Shown here piece by piece: positions 1 through 9,139 of a stretch of 64,000 bases of DNA. The translations under genes and the position numbers were made by a program. The notes beneath the pieces are model-generated. The model had not been told where the DNA came from. It was given only the letters and a program-made list of their open reading frames with translations, and did not search any database. Source of the stretch: Polyangiaceae bacterium. GTDB taxonomy: Bacteria > Myxococcota_A > Polyangia > Polyangiales > Polyangiaceae. Positions within the stretch are counted from its first letter, which is position 1. The number at the start of each line of letters is the position of its first letter. The stretch covers positions 32,001 to 96,000 of the forward strand of contig JBILLK010000027.1 in NCBI GenBank assembly GCA_044376115.1. The letters are read 5' to 3'.

Positions 1-952
1 CCTCGGGGTCCCCGCTGAGGTCAGGCGGTCCCACTTCAAGAACCTTGTTGAGCAGCTCGAACACCGAGGTCTCCACCGCCCAGTACTTCTTGGTTAGGCG
101 GGCGAAGTCGTCCGGCGAGCTGTCCGTCAGCGCGCGGTTCGCCGCGACAGGATCGTCGAGGCGCTTCAGCAGCGCGAGTACGTACGCTGCGAAGAGCAGG
201 TCCCGCGAGATGGTCCGGCCATCTTTCAGAGCAACCGGCTTGTCGTCGGTCTCGCGAACGGCCTTCCGCAGCGCCGCCAGCGAAATGAAGCGCCCTTTCG
301 GCGGGGGCCCGGGCAGACCGATCGGGCCGTCGAGGCCGTCATCGAAACCGTCGTCTTCTGCCTCGTCCTCCTCGTCCTCCCCATCCACTGGCTCCCCCAG
401 CAAGTCCTCCCCATCGATCGTGCGGCTTAGCCAGCGCGCGTTGGGCGGTAGCTTCTTCGGCTCACCGAGGTAGTCGGCGCGACGAAGCCCGGTGAAGGAG
501 CGAAAGACCCAGCGATCGAGCTCATCGCCCAGTTCGTCGTAGTAGTCCCTGGCATCGCCAGGTTCTCCCCGCGGATCTGCGCCGAATTGAACAAGAACAT
601 ACGAGTCCGACGCATCGGCGATCTGCATCCATCTCGTGGTCGTACCCAACGACGTGGCCAGGTGCTGCGCCAAACCAAAATCCGCTTCATAACGATTGCT
701 GAAGAGGATGGATAGCCACTTGACTCGATCGGACGCCTACGGCTCTGCACGAAAGGCGAGTCCAAGCGCTGTCGTGCGCGCCTTTCCCTCACGCAGATGG
801 TTCGGCTGCAGATCCGCACGCCAGGTCGCAGGCCCCTGCTTGGCGCCGAGCCCGAGGTAATAGTTCTCCGTAGCCGCGATCACCGTGTCGGTTTTGATCC
901 CTCTGCCGAGGCGCACGATCACCGAGCCAACATTGGTCCCCATCCGCGGCAT
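1..952 (-). pseudogene. Hypothetical protein interrupted by an in-frame TAG (737-739); runs off the window start
   Basis: The 71-aa ORF (MGTNVGSVIVR...AEP*) continues in the same frame after TAG with no stop down to position 2 (ASDRVKWLSILF...LAQHLATSLGT...IADASDSY, acidic linker), about 245 more codons. Confidence 0.6.
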
Positions 953-1035
953 CTCACCCTAAAGCGTCAGCGCAGTGAAGGGCTTTGCACGGCGTCGCGA
1001 GCTCGTTGCGAGGTCAGTGCTGGACGGCGCCGGCT

Positions 1036-3579
1036 TCAACGACGGCAGAACGCGAGGTTCGGATCGAGGAAGCACGCGTCCTCACGCAGGGTATGGGCGT
1101 CCTCGTGTCTGCCCCGCGAGCGCTGCAATGCTTCCGCGCTGACGCAAGCTTCGGCCGAGGGCGCAGTCGCGCGGCATCCTTTCACGATCGCTGCGAACAG
1201 GGTCTCCATTGCAGGTAACGTCTTCGCGGCGTCGGGGAGCTTTTGCCAGGCCGCCTCCACCGTCTTGGCGAGTTCGAAGCACGCACCACCTGCGCCGCCC
1301 GCGCAGGCCTCTTCGAATAGGCGCTTGGCTGTCGCCGGATCGGAACTCCGGCGCGCTTGCAGCTCCTTCGAGCGAGCGCACGCCGCGAGCTCAAATGGTT
1401 CGAGGGCGACCTTCACAGGAGCGCAAGCCTGTGCGTGAAGCTGCTCGCGCCGCTGCGGGTCTTCGCTGCGTGCCGAGAGCTCCACGCAGCCAGTCGGGTC
1501 ACCTCCGCTACAGGCGGCCTCGAGCGCGCGCAGGAGCATCGTGCCATCGACGATAAAGCGAGCTCCTCGGGTATGCGCGTGGGCACACGCTCGTTGGCCC
1601 TCGGGGTCTTGCGGGTTCACGTCTCGGCAGGCCGCGTCGTAGAGCTGCCGCGCGCGCTGTTCGTCTCGCTGCACGCCGAGGCCATGCTCGAAGAGGCGCC
1701 CGCGGTCGAAGCATGCCAGCGCATCTCGGAGCTCGCCATCGCAGCCCTTCTCGAGCAGCCTTGCGACCTCTGGCCAATCGGGACTCTGCCGCCACTCGGG
1801 CCAGCGGAGCCGCGCGGCTTTCGCACAGCCGCGCGCAAGTCCACCGTTACAGGCGGTGGTGAACGCCTGCTCGGCGCGATAGCCATCCCCGGTTGCGCGC
1901 GGGTTTGGGAACAGGTTGCCCAAGGCCAAGCAACCCTCGGGGTCGTACAGAGCACAGGCCGTTTCGAGGAAAGGTTTGGCCTCGGCTTCATTCGGGGCGG
2001 GGCCCTCGAGCGCCATGGCCCCGCGGCGCGCGCACGCAGTGCCATGCTTGTCTTTGCATGCGTGCTCGTAGAGAGACTTCGCCTTCACCGTATCGCGCGA
2101 GACCCCGCCCGCTCCCTGCTCGTGGATCGTTCCGAGTGCGAAGCAGGCGCGCGGCTCGGGGATCGAGCCTTCGCAGCCCTCGCGCGCAAGCTCGAAGGCA
2201 CGTTGAGGGTTCGTAGGACCGCCGGCCTCGCTGAGGAGCGATTCGGATAAGGCCGCGCAAGCGCCGCGGTTCCGCTTGTCGCAGCCCTTCTCATAGGCGC
2301 GCCGAGCCTGTTCCGCGTCTTTGGGCGCGCCGCCTTGACCGTGCTCATACATTGCGCCGAGCAGCGCACAGCTGGCACCGCCGCCGTCGTCGCAGCGGGC
2401 GAGGCAGTCGTTGACCTCGTGCTTGCAGACGACCTCGGGGCGCTTGAGATAACGCACCCCCAAACCCACTGCGCCGAGCGCAACGGTGCTCGCGATGGCA
2501 GCCGCAACCTGAAGCTTCCAGCGAGAGGGCGCCGCGGGAGCAGCCCTTGGGGCTTCCCCAACCGGTCGATACACGATGCCCGTCGTTCTTGGCGCCGAGG
2601 CCACTGCGCTGGTTGCGGCGAGCTCGAGCGGTGTGGCTGGGAGGTTGGCCCCCGCAGCGAGGACAGGCGCTAGCGCTTGCATCGCGATCGCTGCGTCGGT
2701 GTATCGCTCTCGTGGCTCCCGCGCCGTACAGCGCGCGAACCATGCGTCGAAGCCTACCGGTAACGGGCGGCTCCACCCGAGCTGCAACGCGCGTTGAGAG
2801 GCTGGCGCCATCGGATCGAGGACGATCTCCCGCAGCAGCGCGCTCACGCCTGACTGCCGGTCGCTGGCTGCGAGCCAATAGGACCGTCCCGTCAGCATCG
2901 CGAAGGCGATCAAGCCGAGCGCCCAAACATCCGTCGCTGGGCCGATGCGGCCCGCTCGTTCGGTCTGCTCCGGTGCCATCCACAGCGGCGTGCCCATCGC
3001 ATCGGTCGACGAGGTCTTCGCTTCGGCGATGATCTTCGCGATACCGAAGTCGAGCACTTTGACCGTGGTCGAGGCCCCGGCTCGCCGCGCCTCCGCTACA
3101 AATACGTTCTCGGGTTTGAGATCGCGGTGCACTACCCCAGCGACGTGAGCCGCGCCGATCGCGTGACAGAGCTGCTCGAAGATCTCCCGTGTGCGCTGCG
3201 GAGAAAGCGCGCCCTCCTGTTCCAGCAAGGTCGCGAGATCCCGGCCCTCGAGCAGCTCCATCACGAGCCACGGCATCCCGGTTTCAGTGTCCACGCCTGC
3301 GGCCAGCACCGAGACCACGTGGTCGCTGGCGATCGATGCGCCAACGCGCGCCTCGCGCGCAAAGCGTTCGCGCAGCACCAAATCGCTCACCAGCTCCGGT
3401 CGCATGAGCTTGAGCGCCCGCCGCATACCGGTGCTCAGTTGCTCCACGACATACACGGAGCCCATTCCACCCTGGCTGAGCGGACGTTCGACACGGTAGT
3501 CGCCAGCGAAGACGGAGCCGATGGGCAGGAGCGAGGTCACGATGAGAGCAACATAGGCTACGGCCCTCGGCTGGTTCAA
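1036..3579 (-). CDS. Membrane Ser/Thr (Hanks) kinase with C-terminal Cys-rich Sel1-like repeats
   Basis: GGMGSVY, ALK, HRDLKPEN, DFG, GTPLWMAPE; TM helix VAAAIASTVALGAVGLGV; repeated (A/G)CxxxxxxxC...LG helical units. Start uncertain. Confidence 0.92.
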   Translation of the reverse strand: MNQPRAVAYVALIVTSLLPIGSVFAGDYRVERPLSQGGMGSVYVVEQLSTGMRRALKLMRPELVSDLVLRERFAREARVGASIASDHVVSVLAAGVDTETGMPWLVMELLEGRDLATLLEQEGALSPQRTREIFEQLCHAIGAAHVAGVVHRDLKPENVFVAEARRAGASTTVKVLDFGIAKIIAEAKTSSTDAMGTPLWMAPEQTERAGRIGPATDVWALGLIAFAMLTGRSYWLAASDRQSGVSALLREIVLDPMAPASQRALQLGWSRPLPVGFDAWFARCTAREPRERYTDAAIAMQALAPVLAAGANLPATPLELAATSAVASAPRTTGIVYRPVGEAPRAAPAAPSRWKLQVAAAIASTVALGAVGLGVRYLKRPEVVCKHEVNDCLARCDDGGGASCALLGAMYEHGQGGAPKDAEQARRAYEKGCDKRNRGACAALSESLLSEAGGPTNPQRAFELAREGCEGSIPEPRACFALGTIHEQGAGGVSRDTVKAKSLYEHACKDKHGTACARRGAMALEGPAPNEAEAKPFLETACALYDPEGCLALGNLFPNPRATGDGYRAEQAFTTACNGGLARGCAKAARLRWPEWRQSPDWPEVARLLEKGCDGELRDALACFDRGRLFEHGLGVQRDEQRARQLYDAACRDVNPQDPEGQRACAHAHTRGARFIVDGTMLLRALEAACSGGDPTGCVELSARSEDPQRREQLHAQACAPVKVALEPFELAACARSKELQARRSSDPATAKRLFEEACAGGAGGACFELAKTVEAAWQKLPDAAKTLPAMETLFAAIVKGCRATAPSAEACVSAEALQRSRGRHEDAHTLREDACFLDPNLAFCRR

Positions 3580-3641
3580 GCCGGCGCAGGCTGCTCGAGT
3601 CGAGCGCTAGGTTTTTGCAAATGCGGCGTCGAACGTTGGCG

Positions 3642-4487
3642 CTAGGCGCTTTGGCGCAGCGCCTGTTCTGCGTTGGTGCCGGCCTCCAGCGCGATTTGCA
3701 GAAGGTGATCAGGGCTGCCTGGTAAGCCGCAGGCTGCGGCGGTCTGCACGAGCGTCAAAGGCAGCTCGTTCACGGCCCCCGCACGAATCGCATGAACGAG
3801 TTGGGGTGCCGTCACTCGTGCAAAGACTGTGAGTCGCCCCAGCACAGACCAGGTCGACGGGTGTCGATCGCTCGACGTTCCAACGGCTTCGCAAACGTCT
3901 GCGGGTAAGTTGTTGCGCGCGAGTAGGCGCGCGCCGATCTCATAGGAGCAGCCGCCGTAGCGATGCCGTTCGAGCTCCGTGCGAAGGAACAGATTGCCGC
4001 CCGCCTGGTGCCACAGCTGCAGGTAGCCGTTGTCATCCACCGAAAGGCACGCCATCGCGCCGACCTCCGAAAGCAGCCCACAAAGGAACGCTTCGCTGCG
4101 CGAGACGCCCTGAAGCTCTTTGGCCAGCCGTCGAGCAAGCGCTCCAGTAAGCACGCACACTGCGTGGAGTTGGGGTGCGAGCTCGTTATGCGAGCGAAAG
4201 GCTGCAAGCATCGCCATCGCGGCTGCCATGTCGCGGATCTCCCCAAGGCCAACCACCGCAACGGCGTGCTCCAAGTCGCGAATCCGCCCCGACATACCAA
4301 ACGCAGAGCTGTTCGCGATGCGCATCAATTGTGCAGCCAACCCTGGGTCGACCGCGATCGCCTCAGCAACCTGGCGAACATTGGCTCGTTGGTCGCCTGC
4401 CACCGACATCACGCGCGTCGCCGCCTCCGGAACGGGGCAGACCTCCCCAACCTTCTCCAACAACCGTTGCAACCGTTCGTTCGGCAA
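3642..4487 (-). CDS. HDOD domain protein
   Basis: DPGLAAQLMRIANS, AVAVVG, AFLCGLLSEVG (HD-like, degenerate), LP.DVCEAV. Confidence 0.88.
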   Translation of the reverse strand: MPNERLQRLLEKVGEVCPVPEAATRVMSVAGDQRANVRQVAEAIAVDPGLAAQLMRIANSSAFGMSGRIRDLEHAVAVVGLGEIRDMAAAMAMLAAFRSHNELAPQLHAVCVLTGALARRLAKELQGVSRSEAFLCGLLSEVGAMACLSVDDNGYLQLWHQAGGNLFLRTELERHRYGGCSYEIGARLLARNNLPADVCEAVGTSSDRHPSTWSVLGRLTVFARVTAPQLVHAIRAGAVNELPLTLVQTAAACGLPGSPDHLLQIALEAGTNAEQALRQSA

Positions 4488-4557
4488 GAGGCCCCCCTTG
4501 ACTGAGCGGCACCTTTGAGGCGACGAAAAGGGTCGCGGTACAACTTCGCACTACGCC

Positions 4558-5355
4558 TCAGTACGCGTGCTCCAAGCGGTATACTTCTGCGCAGGGTCGG
4601 CAGAGCGTAGAAGCGATCCCGGTGTTGCGCCGCGTGCGCCCGGCAACGGCCTTGAACACGGCACCGCTCTGCTCTTCGTCGCAACGAAGACACGCATTGA
4701 GCTCGCCGTTTTCCTCGTGATACGGCGCTCCGAGCAGGTCCAAGCAAACGTCCAGGCAAGCGTCGCGGGTGTGCTCGGTATTGAATGCCCAGACCTGTGC
4801 GCACGGCAGAGAGAAACCGAGCTCTGCGATGCAGCTCACGAGCCCTTCGTGATCGCTGAGGTTCGCGATCCCGCAGCTACGCACTGGCCCGGTCAGGTCG
4901 AGTTGCTCTGCGTAAACCGCGAGGTCCTCGAGTGTGGAGCAGAGCCCACAGGCGTCACCATGGGTCACCACGGCTCCCGCGGCTTCCGCTGTTGCGGCGC
5001 TTGAATAGGTATCCAAGCTGTAGATCTTTTGCGCCGCGTCGGTGACGAGCACGCCGCACACCGCACCATCGGCGCCGGGGTTCGCAGGCTCGAGGTATGG
5101 ATCGGCGGTCAGTTCCGGCAGCGGCTCCGCGATCGTCCACTCACGCAATTGCGCAACGCGCTCCGGCGTCCATTCGGCTTCCTGCCAGCTGTCGTCGCAG
5201 TCTCCGCAAGTTGGCCGGCACTGCGCTGTGGTCAGCCCGGTCATCTCGTTTGGTCGCCCAAACAAGGCCGGCTCAGGGGCGGGTGTGCAGACCGTCTCGG
5301 ATTCGCTCGAGCACGCGGCGAAAAGGCCTATCAGAAGCAGACGCGTAGTCCTCAC
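4558..5355 (-). CDS. Cys-rich lipoprotein of unknown function
   Basis: GTG start at 5355 gives signal peptide MRTTRLLLIGLFAA|C; motifs HGDACGLCS, CLRCDEEQSG, AGRTRRNTG. Confidence 0.75.
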   Translation of the reverse strand: MRTTRLLLIGLFAACSSESETVCTPAPEPALFGRPNEMTGLTTAQCRPTCGDCDDSWQEAEWTPERVAQLREWTIAEPLPELTADPYLEPANPGADGAVCGVLVTDAAQKIYSLDTYSSAATAEAAGAVVTHGDACGLCSTLEDLAVYAEQLDLTGPVRSCGIANLSDHEGLVSCIAELGFSLPCAQVWAFNTEHTRDACLDVCLDLLGAPYHEENGELNACLRCDEEQSGAVFKAVAGRTRRNTGIASTLCRPCAEVYRLEHAY

Positions 5356-5500
5356 GCCACAAGCTTGGACCAGCCACGCTTCGATGGGGAAGTTTCTTCC
5401 TCTCGAGGTTCGCGCGCAGGCCCAGGATGACGGTGCCCGATTTCTCAAGAAAGGTCTCTACCAAGGTTTCACCAAACCAGCGGAGCAGGTCTGTCGGACG

Positions 5501-5749
5501 CTATTTGCCCGTTGAAGAGCGCGCCGTGCCGGAGCTAGCCCCTTCCAGGATCGCCTGGACTGCAATCGAATTGCCGATCGCTTCGAGCACCCCACCTCGC
5601 TGAATCAGCTCCCGCGCAAAGATCAGCCGGTGGTTGGGATCGTCGAGCGAGGAAATTGCGCAAACACGCATCGCTTCAGCTGCGATCTCCCGCGCTTTGG
5701 CTGCCCCGAATACGCGCTCCAACTTTGCGAGCGCAGCGCTACTCGACAC
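5501..5749 (-). CDS. Small helical hypothetical protein (82 aa)
   Basis: Plausible composition; overlaps the end of the upstream ferritin-like gene by 11 nt. Confidence 0.6.
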   Translation of the reverse strand: MSSSAALAKLERVFGAAKAREIAAEAMRVCAISSLDDPNHRLIFARELIQRGGVLEAIGNSIAVQAILEGASSGTARSSTGK

Positions 5750-6665
5750 GGTCGAACCTTCGCGCAGCTTGTGCCACGGCTTGCGCTTTGCGCTCGGTCA
5801 TCGCAGAAAGATGAGCAATGAACGTCGGGTTCGTCATGCCGTACCAAATGAAGGTCTTGCGGTAGTTCGCGAGCTGGGTCGCCTGAACTGCCGCCACCTG
5901 TTCGGCGTTGAACGTCCGGCCCGTCGCCGCCGCGAGCGTCTCCACGTCCATTGCGGACTGTTGCGCCAGAAGACCGTCAAACGCGTCGAGAATCCCGAGC
6001 TGCCAACTCAAGTGCGGCGGGCGTCGCCGAGGTGGCGATCTTGTCGAGCTCGAGGGCGTCGATCTTTGCGTGTTGTGCCTCTTCCAACCAATGGTTCTTT
6101 AGGAGGCCCTTGAACAACGGATCGACATCAGCGTCCTTTACGCACTCTGTGTAGTGATGCTGCGTCATCAGCTCGATGTGGAGCGTAATCAAGAGGACTG
6201 CCATCGGGCTGTGACTCATGATCACTGCGGCGACCTCTTGCGCCGTTTCGAGTACTCCGCACGGGTGGCCGAAGTCGCGCTGAAATGCGCGTCGATAACG
6301 ATCAAACAGCGCCTGATGCTTCAGCTCCTCGTCAACGAAGCGAGTGAGCGCGCGCAGTGCGTTCGGGTCCCCAAAGACTTCGGCGTGCGCGTGCTTCAGC
6401 ATGGTCGCGAGGATGTACTCCTCAACGAAGCTGAACAGGTTGAGGTACGCGTTGCCTGAAAGATGGTTGAGTGCGAGTCGCTCGGCCTCGTTCAGGAACG
6501 CGCTACCTGCAGCTCGCAAAGGCCGCGCGTACCTGCCAACTGCTCGGGTAAGAAAGGCCGCGTGAAGTCGAGCCGTGTCTCCGCTGGCATCACTTCATCC
6601 AGTTTCCAGCTCACCCGCTCAGATACTTTGACGCACCCCGCGTAGTCGAAGTTGAGGTTCAACAT
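5739..6665 (-). pseudogene. Ferritin-like di-iron protein (AurF-like fold), split by two frameshifts
   Basis: MLNLNFDY...PFLPEQLAG (frame A), FLNEAERL...FVEEYI, DEELKH, IELMTQHHY, HWLEEAQH (frame B), LGILDAFDG...RVE (frame A). Breaks near 6510 and 5995. Confidence 0.8.
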
Positions 6666-6763
6666 TGGTACGAGAGCATCACGGCTGATAGCGACCCTCA
6701 AGTGTCGGTTAAGGTTTCGAGGTCTGCTGTCAACTTGGCTACAAAGTCGTGCGCCCGAGAGGT

Positions 6764-7195
6764 TCAGCGCACGTGCTGCTTCAGGCGCATCAACAACTCC
6801 GCGCTGACGCTTACTCTGTTGCTTCGCAACCAAGTTGCACACTGCTCCACAGCCTCTTCCATTGTCTCCGTCGCAACGGTCGGGACGGGTGAGGGAGCGA
6901 CCCAATGAATCGCTGTGATCGCGCTACGGAGCAGGGCGTTGTTGACGACGATCACCGTTCCCAGGGAGAACTGTTTCGCCGGGTCGCGCGAGCGCGTGAT
7001 GTAGTCGGCTAGCTTGCGCCGCACGAGAGCATCTGGGCGTTCGCTAACGCCGCGTGCGTCAACGATGTGGACCATCGTGCTGCGGCGGCTGAGCGCTTCA
7101 TCAAAGGCTGCGGCCATTTGGTCGGCCGCTTCGGCGTTCAGCGTGCCATGAAGTGTCATCACCACCACGGGCCAGAAGTCCAAGCTGAACTCCAC
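6764..7195 (-). CDS. STAS/SEC14-like domain protein
   Basis: GTG start after GGAG; WPVVVMTLHG, IVDAR, VIVVNNALLRSAITAIHW pattern. Confidence 0.7.
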   Translation of the reverse strand: MEFSLDFWPVVVMTLHGTLNAEAADQMAAAFDEALSRRSTMVHIVDARGVSERPDALVRRKLADYITRSRDPAKQFSLGTVIVVNNALLRSAITAIHWVAPSPVPTVATETMEEAVEQCATWLRSNRVSVSAELLMRLKQHVR

Positions 7196-7308
7196 CGCGC
7201 TCCGTTTGCGGGCCTGGTGTGACCCACTTCCACACTGCGCTCCCTGCACCCTTGGTAACTTCGTTCGCGCCTCGTTCGCCTTGCAGTCGGACGCTAGCGA
7301 CTTATCCG

Positions 7309-7764
7309 CTACACGCGTCGACGCGGACCCAAGGCCTCCAATATCTGCTGTTCGAACGGCTCACGCGCCGAGTAGGAATGCATCGGATCACGAAGGGCGA
7401 GGTTGGCAACCGAGACCGCCATGGCGATCAGTTTCGAATGGAAGAGCACGTGGACACTCGCGAGCTTGTCCTGATTGAGCTTGCTCCACTCGATCGACCT
7501 GACCCTCGCCGCGGAGTCATACGAGGTGACGTTGGCTAAGTCGTCCATCAGCAAGAGCGGCGCCCTTGCCTCACTCACCGCACGGTCACACAGCTGTACG
7601 CTTTGCTCGACCAAGGTCGTACTGACGTGGCCTTTCACCTGCTGAAGGACAACGGCCTCTTCGGCGAACACCCAGGCAGACAAGACGCCTCGAGCCTCCT
7701 CTTTGACGAGGGTGGGCGGCCCGAGTCGGGCTCGCACCTGCTGCGAGAACGTGCTGCCGACCAT
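7309..7764 (-). CDS. STAS/SEC14-like hypothetical protein
   Basis: DLANVTSYDSAARV, VHVLFHSKLIAMAVSVANL pattern resembles myxobacterial STAS-like proteins. Confidence 0.6.
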   Translation of the reverse strand: MVGSTFSQQVRARLGPPTLVKEEARGVLSAWVFAEEAVVLQQVKGHVSTTLVEQSVQLCDRAVSEARAPLLLMDDLANVTSYDSAARVRSIEWSKLNQDKLASVHVLFHSKLIAMAVSVANLALRDPMHSYSAREPFEQQILEALGPRRRV

Positions 7765-7854
7765 GTCCCTATTCGAACTGCAGCGGATCGCCGTGCAGAC
7801 AACTCAAGCGCGTACAACCTCTGGGATCGCTTCGCGATCCGACTTGAGGTGGGC

Positions 7855-8115
7855 TCATTCGTGCGGAATGCCCGCCAGCGTGGCCAGTTCAACCGGGTGA
7901 AACGGGGGACGCGGGGTGATCGGCTTGTCGGCGATACCGCCGTGCGACTCGATCACCCGCGCACATAGTCCCAAACAATATTTTCCCTGGCAGAACCCGG
8001 TGGCAAAACCGGTGTAACGCTTCGCCGACTCGATGTCGCGATGCCCTCGCTCGATGGCTACCTGGAGCTCATGCAGCGTGACGTCTTCACATCGGCAAAC
8101 GAGCGTTTTCTGCAA
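7855..8115 (-). CDS. BFD-like (2Fe-2S)-binding protein
   Basis: CRCEDVT...KRYTGFATGFCQGKYC...TPRPP; TTG start at 8115 directly follows the stop of the upstream small ORF. Confidence 0.85.
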   Translation of the reverse strand: MQKTLVCRCEDVTLHELQVAIERGHRDIESAKRYTGFATGFCQGKYCLGLCARVIESHGGIADKPITPRPPFHPVELATLAGIPHE

Positions 8116-8116
8116 G

Positions 8117-8245
8117 TTACTTGGCTGCCTTCTTGTCGGCTGCCGGTGCTGCGGCCTGGAGTTGCTCCTGCGCTTGAACCCAGAGGGCCAGCTTCTTGGC
8201 GCGTCGTCGTTTCTGTTTCGCTCGGACCATCGGTTTCTGCGGCAT
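8117..8245 (-). CDS. Small basic protein, 42 aa (absent from the ORF track)
   Basis: MPQKPMVRAKQKRRRAKKLALWVQAQEQLQAAAPAADKKAAK*; AGGAAAG upstream of ATG; fills the gap between neighbours exactly. Confidence 0.65.
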   Translation of the reverse strand: MPQKPMVRAKQKRRRAKKLALWVQAQEQLQAAAPAADKKAAK

Positions 8246-8289
8246 GAAACTTTCCTACACGCGCCTTTCGCGCAGAGCAAGCCGCTTGA

Positions 8290-9123
8290 CTAGGACTTCT
8301 TCCGAGCCGTGGCGCAGCCAAGGTTCACCGTCAGATCGAACTGACCATCTGACCAATACTTGGATACGGCTCCACGCACGTACTCGAGCGACTCGGCGGC
8401 CTCGGGGCTGCTGTCGCTCAAGGTCGAAAATTGGCGAGCGACGAAGGCTTGGAACAGCGCACTCTCGGCGAAGCGTCGCCCATCCGAGAACGGAACGCTG
8501 AGCAGCTGCACGTCGACCTCCACCTCGACGAATCCCAGCCGCTCGAGTTCTTGCACGAGCGTTTCCGGCGTAGGCCTACCTTGCCCCGAGAGTTCGACGT
8601 CCTCGTTGAGTTTGGGCCGGTCATGTTTGAGGGCGCATTCGCGCAGCATGTCGGCGATCTCGGGGAAGCTCCCTCGCAACGGGCTCGCAAACACGAACTG
8701 CCCACCGCGTTGCAGCACGCGCTGCGCCTCCGCCATCAGCAGCAGACGTTCGCGCGCACCGCTAAGCGGGTGACACAAGAGCGCATGGCTGAAGCTCTCG
8801 TCCTTTTCCGGGATCGGCAGAGACAACAGCTCCGAACTCTTTACCCGCGCGTCCGCTGCGCGCAAACCCGCCGAATGCGACGAAGGCTCGAACACGCGCA
8901 TGGCCGCGTTGGGCATCCGCTCGAACACCCGGTCTATCAGCAGAGTAACGAGCGGCCCAGCGGCCAGCACCCGGCTGGCCTGCTCTGTTGCATCGAGGCG
9001 ATCCACTGCCATCCAGCCAAAGCCCGACAGATACGCAGGGAACACCTCACTGCTTAGCAGCTCGGCGTCGGCCTTGCTGAAGATCGGCCCCAGGGGAGGA
9101 GCGGGGGCGTCGGGCTTGGTCAC
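8290..9123 (-). CDS. Class I SAM-dependent methyltransferase-fold protein (degenerate motif I)
   Basis: LPIPEKDESFSHAL, EAQRVLQRGGQF; motif I reads SRVLAAGP. Confidence 0.65.
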   Translation of the reverse strand: MTKPDAPAPPLGPIFSKADAELLSSEVFPAYLSGFGWMAVDRLDATEQASRVLAAGPLVTLLIDRVFERMPNAAMRVFEPSSHSAGLRAADARVKSSELLSLPIPEKDESFSHALLCHPLSGARERLLLMAEAQRVLQRGGQFVFASPLRGSFPEIADMLRECALKHDRPKLNEDVELSGQGRPTPETLVQELERLGFVEVEVDVQLLSVPFSDGRRFAESALFQAFVARQFSTLSDSSPEAAESLEYVRGAVSKYWSDGQFDLTVNLGCATARKKS

Positions 9124-9139
9124 GACCGCGAACTCAACC

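Noticed and set aside
737..739. Genome-wide TAG recoding or pyrrolysine use
   Set aside because: Many genes here (HDOD, GT2, MMPL, ribA, barrel) end at TAG at natural C-termini; no pyl genes in the window.
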